Origin: a virus
Length of the DNA: 64,000 nt
Direction: 5' to 3' (one strand)
IMG/VR virus record: IMGVR_UViG_3300032236_000971
Coordinates: 1 to 64,000 of that record
Below are positions 35,149 through 45,508 of this stretch, one piece after another. The notes under the pieces are model-generated. The model worked only from the letters and a program-made list of their open reading frames with translations, had not been told where the DNA came from and ran no database searches. Position numbers and translations under genes: made by a program. Position 1 is the stretch's first letter. The number at the start of each line of letters is the position of its first letter.

Positions 35149-35550
35149 ATGGAAGGTATTATTGGATTAGCCCTGTTGGCTTTGGTTGGATACGCAATTA
35201 TTAAGATGACAAGAAAAACACAAGCTGAACCGGAAGTGGTTCCTGAACCAGTTGTTGCTAAGGTTGAAGAAATTAAGCCTGCGCCAGTTGCTTCATTAGA
35301 ACCAGTTGTTAGTGTAGCTAGAGAAGAAGTCAAGGCTAATATCGACGCTAAGATTGAAGAAGCTTTTTTTAAGTCAATTCAAGAAGAAATTAAAAAGGTT
35401 GAAGTTATAGCTGAACCAGTTGTTGAAGAAGTTAAGGTGGCTACAAAAAAGGTTCGCGCTAAGGCAAAGGCTATTGAAGCTGCAGTTGAAGAAAAAGTTG
35501 AACAGTTAGAAGTAGCAGTAAAGAAAACAAGAGCAAAGAAAGCAAAGTAA
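35149..35550 (+). CDS. Membrane-anchored Glu/Lys/Val-rich protein
   Basis: Late promoter 35101-35108; N-terminal TM. Confidence 0.6.
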   Translation: MEGIIGLALLALVGYAIIKMTRKTQAEPEVVPEPVVAKVEEIKPAPVASLEPVVSVAREEVKANIDAKIEEAFFKSIQEEIKKVEVIAEPVVEEVKVATKKVRAKAKAIEAAVEEKVEQLEVAVKKTRAKKAK

Positions 35551-35988
35551 ATGGATGAACTAATCGAACAAATGAAGGTGTCTCTTGCTAGCACCTTTGC
35601 TTTTTACTTAAAGGCTCATGGATTTCATTGGAACGTAGAAGGCGCAAACTTTCCACAGTATCATGAATTCCTCGGTGATCTTTGGGAAGAGACATTTGGC
35701 GCAGTTGACCCATTGGCGGAACACCTTCGCACTTTGAATTCATATGCACCAGCTTCATTTGCTCGATACGCAGATTTGTCTATCGTTAAGGATGAATTGA
35801 ATATTCCTCCTGCTATGTCTATGATGGTTAAGTTGACAGCAGATAATCAAGCTGTTATCGACCAGTTAACTAAAACACAGGCGCTAGCTGAATCAAACAA
35901 GAAAATGGGTTTAGCTAATTTCCTACAAGACCGCATCGACGCCCATGAGAAACATGGCTGGATGCTTCGTTCAATCACAAAGGCATAA
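35551..35988 (+). CDS. dps: Dps-family ferritin-like protein
   Basis: HGFHWNVEG..F..YHEFL, D.LAEH.R, HEKHGWML. Confidence 0.93.
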   Translation: MDELIEQMKVSLASTFAFYLKAHGFHWNVEGANFPQYHEFLGDLWEETFGAVDPLAEHLRTLNSYAPASFARYADLSIVKDELNIPPAMSMMVKLTADNQAVIDQLTKTQALAESNKKMGLANFLQDRIDAHEKHGWMLRSITKA

Positions 35989-35992
35989 AGAA

Positions 35993-37126
35993 ATGGAATA
36001 CCGTAGCTTAGAACATAAAATTAGAGATCTTTGGATTGCTGAAGCGAATCGCAATACTGAAATTCGCCGTAAGGTTAAGAACGTTGGTCGTCCAAAAGAT
36101 AACGTCAAGGATGAAACTTCTAAGCTAGGTAAGCAGGGCGAGATCAAGACTAAGATTATCGATGAAGCTGCTGATGGTGACGTTGGTAACAAAGAGTCAG
36201 ATAAGAAAGCTAAAAAAGATGCTGAAATGGATGACATGGAAGCAAAGACTATCAAGGGCGGTAAAACAGAAGTAGATATTAACCCTAAGACAGATGATAG
36301 CACAGAGAATTCAACTGACGAAGATAAGAAGTCAAAGAAAGCTGCTAACAAAGAAAACAAACAAATTGGCGCCAAAGGTGTAAAGGAAGAAACAATGAAT
36401 AGTAAGCTAACTCTTGGCTCACCTGAGAGCCTAATCAATTCAATCGCAGAAGCAATGAAGTCTATGAAGGGTATTTGCCCTAAGTGTAAAAAAGCTAAGT
36501 GCATTTGTGAAGGCTGGAAGGAAGAAACAGAGCTTGAAGAAAAGCTTGTTGGTAAGCAGCATAAGATCGATGCTAATCATAACGGTAAGATAGACGCGCA
36601 GGACTTCAAGATTCTTAAGGGTAAAAAGAAGATGGAAGAAGAAGTCGAACAGATCGACGAACTTGATCGTGAAGGTATGGTAAAAAGATATGCTGATAAG
36701 GCTAGAAGGAAAGTAGAAACCGGCGAAGAATCACCTGAGAAGAGAGCTGCTGGTAGACTTATGGCTGGTAAAAAGCGTTGGGGCGGCACTGGCGGTATTC
36801 CAGCTGCTAAGGTTCCTGCTGTACAGAGAGAAGAAGTTGAACTGTCAGCAGACGAACTATCTCGCATCGAAGAAATTGCAAACAACCTTGATGAAGTAGT
36901 AACAGCACGTAAGCTTACTGCAGCTGATAAAGCTGCAAGAGCAAAGTATCTTGAAGGTCATAAGGCTAAAGTAGCTTCTTATGCTCCGCACGAAGTTAAA
37001 GCTTCAGCAAAGTCATTCAAAGATCGCAATACTGAAGTTGGTGATTATTCAAAAGAACCAAGCACGATGCATAAAACTGGTTTGATAAACACTTTATCAA
37101 AGCAAGATACTAAAGTTACAAAATGA
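35993..37126 (+). CDS. Charged putative head internal protein with EF-hand-like loop
   Basis: DANHNGKIDAQDF; repeated IDE/LEE/LDE. Confidence 0.55.
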   Translation: MEYRSLEHKIRDLWIAEANRNTEIRRKVKNVGRPKDNVKDETSKLGKQGEIKTKIIDEAADGDVGNKESDKKAKKDAEMDDMEAKTIKGGKTEVDINPKTDDSTENSTDEDKKSKKAANKENKQIGAKGVKEETMNSKLTLGSPESLINSIAEAMKSMKGICPKCKKAKCICEGWKEETELEEKLVGKQHKIDANHNGKIDAQDFKILKGKKKMEEEVEQIDELDREGMVKRYADKARRKVETGEESPEKRAAGRLMAGKKRWGGTGGIPAAKVPAVQREEVELSADELSRIEEIANNLDEVVTARKLTAADKAARAKYLEGHKAKVASYAPHEVKASAKSFKDRNTEVGDYSKEPSTMHKTGLINTLSKQDTKVTK

Positions 37127-37791
37127 AAAATTTCCGTAATTGGCTAGAAGAAAAAAAGAAAAGTAGTAGACAGCCAATGCCTACTACACCTACTTCTGCG
37201 CCATTACGTGGACAGAATCAAGATTATTCTGGTTGTAATTGTAAAAACAATGTAGCTGATTATACTATTTCAGATGAGACTGTTCCTGATAGTTGGGAAC
37301 AAAATACTCCAGCGAAGCGTATTAAAACAGTTAAAGATTTAATTAAGCTTAACACTCGTCATGGTGCTGTTCATATGCCTCATTCTGCTATTAAAGAAGA
37401 AGAGATTAATGAACTATCACCGGAGCTTGTAGGTAAAGTTAATAAAGCTCGTACAGTTGGTGGTAAGCCAAGCAAGACAGATGTAGCTAAAAGAACGTTA
37501 CAGAAAGCTGTAAACAAAGCTTGGGTTAAAACTAAAGTTGGTGTAGTAAAAGAAATGATTGCTGGTGTTGGTGCTAATCGTATTAAACCAGTTAATATGG
37601 GTCAAACTACAGGTGGCCAGAAAAAAGAACCTAATGCGCCTTCAAATGTAAATAGATTACAAGCAGCTGCTAATTCTAGAGTTTCTGCTTTAGATCAGGC
37701 TGCTCAAAAGCAAAAAGAATTACAACAGAAAAACAAAGAAGACGAAATTAAAAGGCGTCAGGCAGCTGCTAAGAAAAATCAGAGTGAGTAA
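37123..37791 (+). CDS. Putative head internal protein
   Basis: MKNFRNWLEE capsid-targeting-like N-terminus; INELSPE. Confidence 0.55.
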   Translation: MKNFRNWLEEKKKSSRQPMPTTPTSAPLRGQNQDYSGCNCKNNVADYTISDETVPDSWEQNTPAKRIKTVKDLIKLNTRHGAVHMPHSAIKEEEINELSPELVGKVNKARTVGGKPSKTDVAKRTLQKAVNKAWVKTKVGVVKEMIAGVGANRIKPVNMGQTTGGQKKEPNAPSNVNRLQAAANSRVSALDQAAQKQKELQQKNKEDEIKRRQAAAKKNQSE

Positions 37792-38023
37792 TGACTGAAG
37801 AAGAAAAACTAGCTGCAGCAATTAGACCTATAATTAAAAATACCGGTAATCCACAACCGGAGCCAGAAATAGTTCCTATACCGTCAAAGCCAAAGGTTGT
37901 AGTTGTAAACCAAGACATTTTACCTAAACATAAAATCGTCCGTCGTTCGCAATATATGCGCGATATGTTGACTGTTGAATAATAATAAATAAGAAAAAAG
38001 ACTTTCCTAGGAGGATTAAACTA

Positions 38024-38728
38024 ATGGCACAATGGGGTAGAAACGACAAGTCTGTTACTGTTACAACCAGTACGACTAAAGAGACATCAAACGGCGCACC
38101 AATGGGAACTTATACGCTCGTTAAGGGCGGTGGCGGAGCTAATGCTCACTTAGGTAACACATCTGGTACTCGCGCATTTACAGACCTTCGTATGTTTGGA
38201 AATACAACTCAGAGCGCATTTATTCCTGGTAAAGCAGTTGGTGTATTCGGTGTTGATCCAGTTGAAATGGAAGTGCTTGTTGCTGATGCTGCTAATAAGC
38301 CAGCTCATGCTGGTTGGGTTCTTCGTAACGTAGGTAGTGGCGGTATTGTTAATGCAAGTTATACAGGAACTGCAACTGGTTATAATAATACAGACGTTGT
38401 AACTGTAAGCTCTATTTTTGGTACTAATGCAACTATTCATTTTACAACAAATGCTACTGGCGGCGCTCTTAAATTAACAATCACTGAACAAGGTTCTGGT
38501 TTTGTAACTGTCGATAATCCAGGTACAATAACTATCGCAAATTCTACTGGCGGTTCTACATCTGGTTCTGGTGCAACTTTCCATGCAAAAGCTGGTGGAC
38601 GTGCAGGACGTATTCAGTATGAAACACTTGTAGCAATGGGTTCACTTGGTCAAACAGATGGTAAGTATGGTACACCTGCTACAACACCAGACGCTTCAGA
38701 CGACGCAATTCTTCCAGATTCAGTTTAA
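38024..38728 (+). CDS. Virion structural protein
   Basis: MAQWG start, AHAGWV, GRAGRIQYETLVAMGS; Gly/Thr-rich. Confidence 0.65.
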   Translation: MAQWGRNDKSVTVTTSTTKETSNGAPMGTYTLVKGGGGANAHLGNTSGTRAFTDLRMFGNTTQSAFIPGKAVGVFGVDPVEMEVLVADAANKPAHAGWVLRNVGSGGIVNASYTGTATGYNNTDVVTVSSIFGTNATIHFTTNATGGALKLTITEQGSGFVTVDNPGTITIANSTGGSTSGSGATFHAKAGGRAGRIQYETLVAMGSLGQTDGKYGTPATTPDASDDAILPDSV

Positions 38729-38746
38729 AAATTAGGAGCTATTTAA

Positions 38747-39715
38747 ATGACAACCTCAAATAAAACATTTAGAGTATTCGTAGACAAGCTTGGCGGAACA
38801 CATGCCGATTCATATAAGGCTGATGCTGGTGAACTTTTCTATGATCCAGAATCAACTACCCTTCGTATTGGTGATGGCAACGCTGGCGGTATGGTTATCA
38901 GCCAACCAACGTACGTTAACGAAGTAGCAATTGGCGCTTACGCTGGTCAAACTGATCAAGCAGGTTACGCTATCGCTATTGGTAAATACGCCGGGCAGCA
39001 AAATCAAAATGAATATGCTGTTGCTATTGGCTATAACGCTCAAAATCAGGGTCGTACAGGCGGCGGTCAGGGTTCTGAAACAATTGCTATCGGCATTGAA
39101 GCTGGTTACGAACAGCAGAAGTATCACGCTATTGCTATCGGCGCTCAGGCTGGTTACAATACTCAGGGTTGGGATTCTATTGCTATCGGTAGAGCAGCTG
39201 GTTATTATAACCAGGGTTATAACTCAGTGGCTATCGGTCACCAGGCTGGCGACGAATACCAGGGCAATCAAGCAGTTTCTCTTGGCTATCAGGCTGGTTA
39301 TGTAGGTCAAGGAAATCAGGGTGTTGCTGTTGGTGCAGAAGCTGGTGCTTATTTGCAAAATTATCAAGCTGTAGCTATTGGATATCAGGCTGGTAATGAT
39401 ACTCAAGGTGCACATACTGTCGCAGTTGGTAAGCAAGCTGGATACACTCTTCAAAGCGAATATGGCGTTGCTATCGGTTATTACGCAGGTCATACAAACC
39501 AGGGCGTTGACTCTATCGCAATTGGTAGATATGCTGGTCAAACTAACCAACATGACCGCACAATCGTTATTGGCGCTGGTGGCGGAGAAATTAATACTGT
39601 TCAGGCAGATTCATTCTACGTAAATCCAGTTCGTAGCGTGTCAGAAATTACTGGTGATATGAGAACACTTCATTATAACGTTGTCACCAAAGAAATCGTA
39701 TACTACAACCCATAA
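38747..39715 (+). CDS. Fibre/adhesin-like protein with about 13 copies of a 16-aa AIAIGxxAGxxxQ repeat
   Basis: GELFYD...LRIGDG N-terminal domain; YadA-head-like beta-roll repeats. Confidence 0.75.
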   Translation: MTTSNKTFRVFVDKLGGTHADSYKADAGELFYDPESTTLRIGDGNAGGMVISQPTYVNEVAIGAYAGQTDQAGYAIAIGKYAGQQNQNEYAVAIGYNAQNQGRTGGGQGSETIAIGIEAGYEQQKYHAIAIGAQAGYNTQGWDSIAIGRAAGYYNQGYNSVAIGHQAGDEYQGNQAVSLGYQAGYVGQGNQGVAVGAEAGAYLQNYQAVAIGYQAGNDTQGAHTVAVGKQAGYTLQSEYGVAIGYYAGHTNQGVDSIAIGRYAGQTNQHDRTIVIGAGGGEINTVQADSFYVNPVRSVSEITGDMRTLHYNVVTKEIVYYNP

Positions 39716-39934
39716 GATTGTAAGGAAGTAAAATGCCACATTTTAATATCACTGCTACTTCAGAAAAAGCAAATACTACTGTAACTAACACTGATCCAAA
39801 GAGATTTAAATCTCCAGCTGAATTTGAAACTCAGGCTGATGCCGACAAAGAAGCAAAGAAGTATGCTTCTTCTCTAAACAAGGGCGATCACGTTGAAGTA
39901 TGGGACTGGGTAGGTAAGGCTACTCCGGTTTAAT

Positions 39935-41059
39935 ATGTCAAACGACGCAAAAAGGATATCACAATTAGTACAAGCTACCTCCCTAGTCGCAACAGACAGG
40001 GTGGTAGTTCTGTCGAATATTGTTGAATCCGTAAACGTTAATACAATTACACTTCCTAATTTTGGCGCTTCTTTGGCTAATAATATGCCTATCGCCAATA
40101 CAACTCAGCTTGGTGTAATTAAAATTGGTGCTGGACTAGCTGTTGCCGCTAATGGAACGGTTACAGCACCACTTCCTGTTGCTAATGATACTGCACTTGG
40201 CGTTGTACAAATTGGAAGTGGGATAAATTTTAACGAAGATGGCGTTATCAGTGTCCCTGGTATTTCTAATACTGATGGGTCTATCGGTAGACTATATATG
40301 TCTAATGCTGATGGCGTTGGTAGTTGGAAAGCGTTCAGCGGTGTTCATCATTTAACAACAGTAAAGAATTCTGGTGCATCAATTTATCCAGTTGCTGCTA
40401 ATGATTCTGTTATATTTGTTAACCCAACAGCCGTTGGGGCAGACGTTAAAGTTATCCTTCCAATAACAGACGGTATTCTTGGTCAAGAAATCACAGTTAA
40501 AAATATCGACTCAGCAGCAACACCGACTCATAAAGTTACTGTTGTAACGGATCGCGAAACGTTTTCTTATCTACAAAACCCAATCGATGGTGTTTTCAAG
40601 CCAAGTTATATATTACCTAAAAACGAATCACAAACTTGGATTTTTGATTCAGATAGTTTATACAGTCATGTTGGAACAAATGCTCAGGGTTTAAAAACCA
40701 CTAGTGTTGATGTAAATTCTTCAACTATTGCTAATAGTATTAATTATCAGGTAGAAGCTACTCTATTATCATTAGAAACAAAAGTTCAAAAACTAGGTAC
40801 GGGTGGTGTAAATCAGCCCCATCATTATTATCTTCCTAATGGAAAAGATGGACAGTTAATGTATATAACTACAAAAACAGGCGATATGTCAGAAGATAAT
40901 ATTTTGATTTGGATGGATAATTTGCGTTTACCTTCCGGTGTAGTCATTGCTAATAGTTATTGGACATTTAATAGCGGTGGATGGGGGCGTTCGTTAGCTT
41001 CAACAATGTTTATTGACGGCGCTTGGAATATTGATGGTGGAAGCTGGGGTCCAGTATAA
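39935..41059 (+). CDS. Tail fibre-like structural protein
   Basis: KRISQL N-terminus; repeated P.A....LG.I/VxIG.G motifs. Confidence 0.65.
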   Translation: MSNDAKRISQLVQATSLVATDRVVVLSNIVESVNVNTITLPNFGASLANNMPIANTTQLGVIKIGAGLAVAANGTVTAPLPVANDTALGVVQIGSGINFNEDGVISVPGISNTDGSIGRLYMSNADGVGSWKAFSGVHHLTTVKNSGASIYPVAANDSVIFVNPTAVGADVKVILPITDGILGQEITVKNIDSAATPTHKVTVVTDRETFSYLQNPIDGVFKPSYILPKNESQTWIFDSDSLYSHVGTNAQGLKTTSVDVNSSTIANSINYQVEATLLSLETKVQKLGTGGVNQPHHYYLPNGKDGQLMYITTKTGDMSEDNILIWMDNLRLPSGVVIANSYWTFNSGGWGRSLASTMFIDGAWNIDGGSWGPV

Positions 41060-41069
41060 AGTAAAATAA

Positions 41070-41471
41070 ATGATTTTTGAAAATTTGACTGATGAGAATT
41101 TTTTAATTTATTGTGCGAAACATTATGATAATCCTCAATGTCAATCGACAGAAGAGTTTTTAGAAGACCTACAACGCATAAAGTATATTAAGAAGTTGAT
41201 AACAAGATATGTAGAGAGTGGTGATTTGAAAGAGAGATTAATTCTCAATCATATCATCATTCTCTCAAATGTTTTTGGAGCTGATCATTTATCACGTATA
41301 TTATACCTTAAAATGAAGCCACAATACAAGTATATAAAACCATTCCTTGTACTATTAAATATGATGCCAGAGAGGTTGTTAAATATAAAAGATGAAAAGC
41401 TTATTGATACAAATATAATATCAATGGACGAAACGATTATTAAACAGCTAAGAAAATTGACTAATGGATAA
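41070..41471 (+). CDS. Hypothetical protein of T4-like phages
   Basis: KHYDNPQC...EF.EDL.RIKYIK...LKERLILNH. Confidence 0.7.
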   Translation: MIFENLTDENFLIYCAKHYDNPQCQSTEEFLEDLQRIKYIKKLITRYVESGDLKERLILNHIIILSNVFGADHLSRILYLKMKPQYKYIKPFLVLLNMMPERLLNIKDEKLIDTNIISMDETIIKQLRKLTNG

Positions 41472-41976
41472 TCAAAAGTTAAAACAGTTTATTAAGTTTG
41501 CTGCGCATCAGTTAGGTCTCGAAAAGATTCCTGATGTACATTTCGTTGGTCATGAAGAAGATAAACATAATGCTTTTGGTCATTTTCAGCATTCAGATGA
41601 TGCTATTAAAGTTAGAACAATAGACCGTCACCCATTAGATGTCATGAGAACAGTTGCTCATGAAATGGCGCATTATAAGTGGAGACTCGAAGGTAAGGTT
41701 GGCGACAACGTTGCCGGTGGTGAATCAGAAAATTACGCACATGCTCGTGCGGGAGAAATAATGCGTAAATATGACAACTCACATCCATCAGAATTTAAAG
41801 ATAAACCACTAAAAGAAGATGGAGCAGTGGCGGTAAACGCTATGGGAACTTCAAGTTCAACAGCTGGTACTGGCGGTATTGATACTTTCGATCCTTTATT
41901 ACAGAAGCCAAAGAAAAAGCTTCGTGATGTTCTTTCACGTAAACTACCAGTTGGTTTAAATGGCTCCCGCAAGTGA
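41464..41976 (+). CDS. Putative HExxH metallopeptidase-like protein
   Basis: RTVAHEMAHY...E..A. Confidence 0.6.
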   Translation: MDNQKLKQFIKFAAHQLGLEKIPDVHFVGHEEDKHNAFGHFQHSDDAIKVRTIDRHPLDVMRTVAHEMAHYKWRLEGKVGDNVAGGESENYAHARAGEIMRKYDNSHPSEFKDKPLKEDGAVAVNAMGTSSSTAGTGGIDTFDPLLQKPKKKLRDVLSRKLPVGLNGSRK

Positions 41977-42340
41977 TCGTATAGAAGCAGCAATAGAAAA
42001 ATTAACTAACGTTTCGGTAGAGTTGAAACAGATGTTGGCTGTTCATGAACAACGTATTACTCAGCAAGAAAAAAACTCAAATGATCTTCATGACATTGTT
42101 GAAAAACGTAGAGATGAATTGGACATTAAATTGAAAGATGTTTATAATACAATGCGCGATCAAGATAAAAGTATCGTCGAAGAAATAGCAAAGCTACGTA
42201 AAGAATCAACAGATCAACATAATATACTTCATTCAAAAATAAATCAACTCGAACGTTATATTTACCTAGCGATTGGTGGCGGTATAGTGATTACCTGGAT
42301 TCTAACCAACGCAGCAAATTATCTAAAAATCCTTCACTAA
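41960..42340 (+). CDS. Coiled-coil protein with C-terminal TM
   Basis: MLAVHEQRI, C-terminal hydrophobic helix. Confidence 0.6.
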   Translation: MAPASDRIEAAIEKLTNVSVELKQMLAVHEQRITQQEKNSNDLHDIVEKRRDELDIKLKDVYNTMRDQDKSIVEEIAKLRKESTDQHNILHSKINQLERYIYLAIGGGIVITWILTNAANYLKILH

Positions 42341-42401
42341 TTCATTTGACTTTTTCGCTAAATCAGGTATAATATTACTGTGATTACGATGGAGGTTATT
42401 A

Positions 42402-43430
42402 ATGCTTTGGTTAGAACACAAATATGTTGGTTTGATTTCCAGTCACCTACGCAACTTCAAACGTAAATCCTCTGGTCTTTATAACTTTTCCTGCCCTATC
42501 TGCGGGGATAGTAACACCATAAAGAACAAAGCTAGAGGTTATATCTATGACAAGAAGGGTAAGATGCTCTTTCATTGTCATAACTGTAACGCCACTATGG
42601 CTGTTCCAAACTTCATCAAGATGGTCGATCAGAACCTCTATAACGAGTTTGTTATGGAGAAGTTAAAGGATAACAAGACACCTGAACAGGTAGAGCTTGA
42701 ATCATTCGTTGATAAGATGAAGAAGCCGATCTTTCTGAAGGAAGGTCCGTTGAAGGGGTTGAAGAAGGTTTCTCAGCTATCACCAGATCATCGAGTGAAG
42801 AAGCTTGTCGATTCAAGAAAGATACCTACTCCCTATCACGCCAAGCTTTTCAGCTGCCCGAACTTCAAAAAGTTTACGAACGATTTGGTTCCTCATAAGT
42901 TTACAGAGGAATCGTTGGCGCATGATGAGACTAGGCTTCTTATTCCCTTCATTGATTCTACTAAAAAAGTACATGCATTTCAAGGACGAGCTTTGGGCGA
43001 ATCAAAGGTTAAGTACATCACTATCATACTTGATGAGTCAGTTCCAAAGGTGTATGGTCTAGATACAGTCAACTTCAACAGACCAGTTTATGTGACGGAG
43101 GGTCCAATTGATTCTATGTTTATCGATAATAGTATTGCTACTGCTGGCGGTGATCTTGTCTCTGCTCTTGGTCCTCTTCAGTCCTACAAATCTTCTATGG
43201 TGATCGTTTATGATAATGAACCAAGGTCGCGTGAGACAATAAAAAAGCTTGATAAAGCGATCATGCAGGGGTATAATATTGTAATATGGCCAGAGAACCT
43301 AGAGCATAAAGACATCAACGATATGGTTCTCGCAGGTATGAGTTCCGAGTTTATTACGCATATCCTGAAGACAAATACCTACCGAGATCTAGCTGCAAAA
43401 CTGGCACTGACTAAATGGAGCAAATTGTGA
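42402..43430 (+). CDS. 61: DNA primase (T4 gp61)
   Basis: CPICGDS/CHNC Zn finger, EGPIDS, YDNEPR, KDINDM TOPRIM. Confidence 0.96.
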   Translation: MLWLEHKYVGLISSHLRNFKRKSSGLYNFSCPICGDSNTIKNKARGYIYDKKGKMLFHCHNCNATMAVPNFIKMVDQNLYNEFVMEKLKDNKTPEQVELESFVDKMKKPIFLKEGPLKGLKKVSQLSPDHRVKKLVDSRKIPTPYHAKLFSCPNFKKFTNDLVPHKFTEESLAHDETRLLIPFIDSTKKVHAFQGRALGESKVKYITIILDESVPKVYGLDTVNFNRPVYVTEGPIDSMFIDNSIATAGGDLVSALGPLQSYKSSMVIVYDNEPRSRETIKKLDKAIMQGYNIVIWPENLEHKDINDMVLAGMSSEFITHILKTNTYRDLAAKLALTKWSKL

Positions 43431-44330
43431 TGGAAGAGCGAATTAAACAACTTGCTGAAGAAGCTGGTTTTCTCACCGAGAATGGTAAATTCTACGCTGA
43501 TTCTTTTGATGCAATCAATAACGAGGTTGAAGAATTTGCCAAGTTGATTATCGAAAAATGTATGGAAATTGCTGATATGGCATTTACAGAGCAGTATGAT
43601 TTATTTCTACCATCAGAGTTAATTGCTAAACATTTTGGCATGGAGGTTGAATATGAATGATGACATCGTTCAACGTATTGATAAGCTGATACTCGGCTGG
43701 GAACGCGAGTATGGTATCACCAACAAGACGATGGTCGATGCTATGCTAACAATCATTGATTTGCGTTCAAAGATGCCTGGATATGATGATCTTCATACGA
43801 TTATTAAAAAACAAGAAGAAGAGATTCATATGCTTCGTGCTCAGTGTCTTATTCGTAAAGATATGATTGAGAAACTAAAGTCTGGTCCTGGTGGTATTAT
43901 GGAAATGAAGCAGACTATTGCTAATTTAGAAAAGTACCGTGATCTTGTAGAGTATATCAATAGCGACTATGTCGAGTTAAGTTACGAGAAAGCGCAATGG
44001 CAACGTGATGATTGGCGCAAACGTTGTACTAAACTTATTATTGAGGATCATACTAAATGACTGGGTATCAATCAAAGAAGTTGATGGCTGAAATGCGATT
44101 TGAAAACGAAGATCCTAATATGTTCTACAACCTACGTCACCTGAAGCAGTTTCAGGAACGTACCAACTCGGACAAAACAAAATGGTTTTGTTCTTGGGAT
44201 AAAGAAAATATCATTATCTACGATAACAAAAACAATATCATTTGTAAGCTTGACGATATTGTTTTAGCCGAGTATATTACAAGCCTACATAATATGTCTA
44301 TTAGAATGATCAAAGAAGTGGAATCAAAAT

Positions 44331-45047
44331 ATGAATAATGCTAAAATTATTGCTATCACACAACCATTGTTGCATAAAGGTGGTGATGTTATCTATGACG
44401 AATCTGGATTTATTATTGGCGAGGCTGATGGACCAAAACTTACTGTAGATGAGTTTATTGCTTATGTTGCTCGTGTATCTAATCCATCAAACCAAAACAA
44501 CACATTGACTGCACCAAAGCTGCTTCGTTATCTAGCCAAGCATAAGCACTGGTCGCCATTTGAGATGGTCAATGTGGTTATGGAAATAAATACTACTAGA
44601 GACATTGGTCGTCAGATCCTTCGTCACCGTTCCTTTACCTTTCAGGAGTTTAGTCAGCGCTATGCGGATCCAACCAAAGATATGGGTTTCGTCACTCGTG
44701 CCGCCCGTTTGCAAGATACAGCCAATCGCCAGAATTCCATCGAAACTACCGATGAAATACTACAGCAAAAGTGGACTGAGTATCAAGACTTCTTGTCGCA
44801 ACACTCACAGCAAGTTTACCAGTGGGCTATCAATAACGGTATAGCAAAGGAGCAAGCACGTGCGGTATTACCTGAAGGACTTATTCTTAGCCGCATGTAT
44901 ATGGCTGGCAGTCTTCGCTCTTGGATTCATTATTGCCAACTGAGGTCTGGCGTTGAGACTCAGAAAGAGCATCGCGAGATTGCTATTGATGCTTGGTATC
45001 AGATTATCGAGCATTTCCCATCTCTTAAAGATGCCCTCGATCTATAA
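44331..45047 (+). CDS. thyX: Flavin-dependent thymidylate synthase
   Basis: HWSPFE, RQILRHRSFTFQEFSQRY, EQARAVLP. Confidence 0.96.
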   Translation: MNNAKIIAITQPLLHKGGDVIYDESGFIIGEADGPKLTVDEFIAYVARVSNPSNQNNTLTAPKLLRYLAKHKHWSPFEMVNVVMEINTTRDIGRQILRHRSFTFQEFSQRYADPTKDMGFVTRAARLQDTANRQNSIETTDEILQQKWTEYQDFLSQHSQQVYQWAINNGIAKEQARAVLPEGLILSRMYMAGSLRSWIHYCQLRSGVETQKEHREIAIDAWYQIIEHFPSLKDALDL

Positions 45048-45050
45048 ATA
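45043..45050 (+). promoter_or_regulatory. T4-type late promoter of the csg/cyclase cassette
   Basis: TATAAATA 20 nt upstream of csgF ATG. Confidence 0.7.
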
Positions 45051-45070
45051 GCGGGTAATGGAGATTAAAG

Positions 45071-45508
45071 ATGAAGAAATTAGCGTTTATACTATGCCTA
45101 ATTTCTTCTGCTTCTTTTGCTACTGAAGTTCAATTTGGGTTTAAGAGTCCGTCGTTTAACGGTAATGGTTACTCTTCTCATGTACTTACTATTGAGAATC
45201 TCGAAGCAACAAGAAAACAGAAGATATTAGACGACGCAAAGGCAGCGGCTGAGAAGGCAGCTTCCGATGCTAAGAACACGAACCTTGCTAAGTTTTTAAA
45301 CAACTTAGAGAGCCGTATTTACGCTACTATTTCTCAGAACATTGCTTCAGAGCTATTTAAGTCTGGTGGAGCTACTACGGGAGCGTTTGATATTCAGGGT
45401 AATCATTTACAGTGGGTATCAGACGGTTCAACTATAACATTAAACATTACAGATCCGGGTGGAAGTGTGACGCAGGTGGTTGTTCCTTATGGGAGTTTAG
45501 CATGGTAA
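45071..45508 (+). CDS. csgF: Curli assembly protein CsgF-like
   Basis: Signal peptide then F.FKSPSFNG motif, F..NLESRIY. Confidence 0.8.
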   Translation: MKKLAFILCLISSASFATEVQFGFKSPSFNGNGYSSHVLTIENLEATRKQKILDDAKAAAEKAASDAKNTNLAKFLNNLESRIYATISQNIASELFKSGGATTGAFDIQGNHLQWVSDGSTITLNITDPGGSVTQVVVPYGSLAW

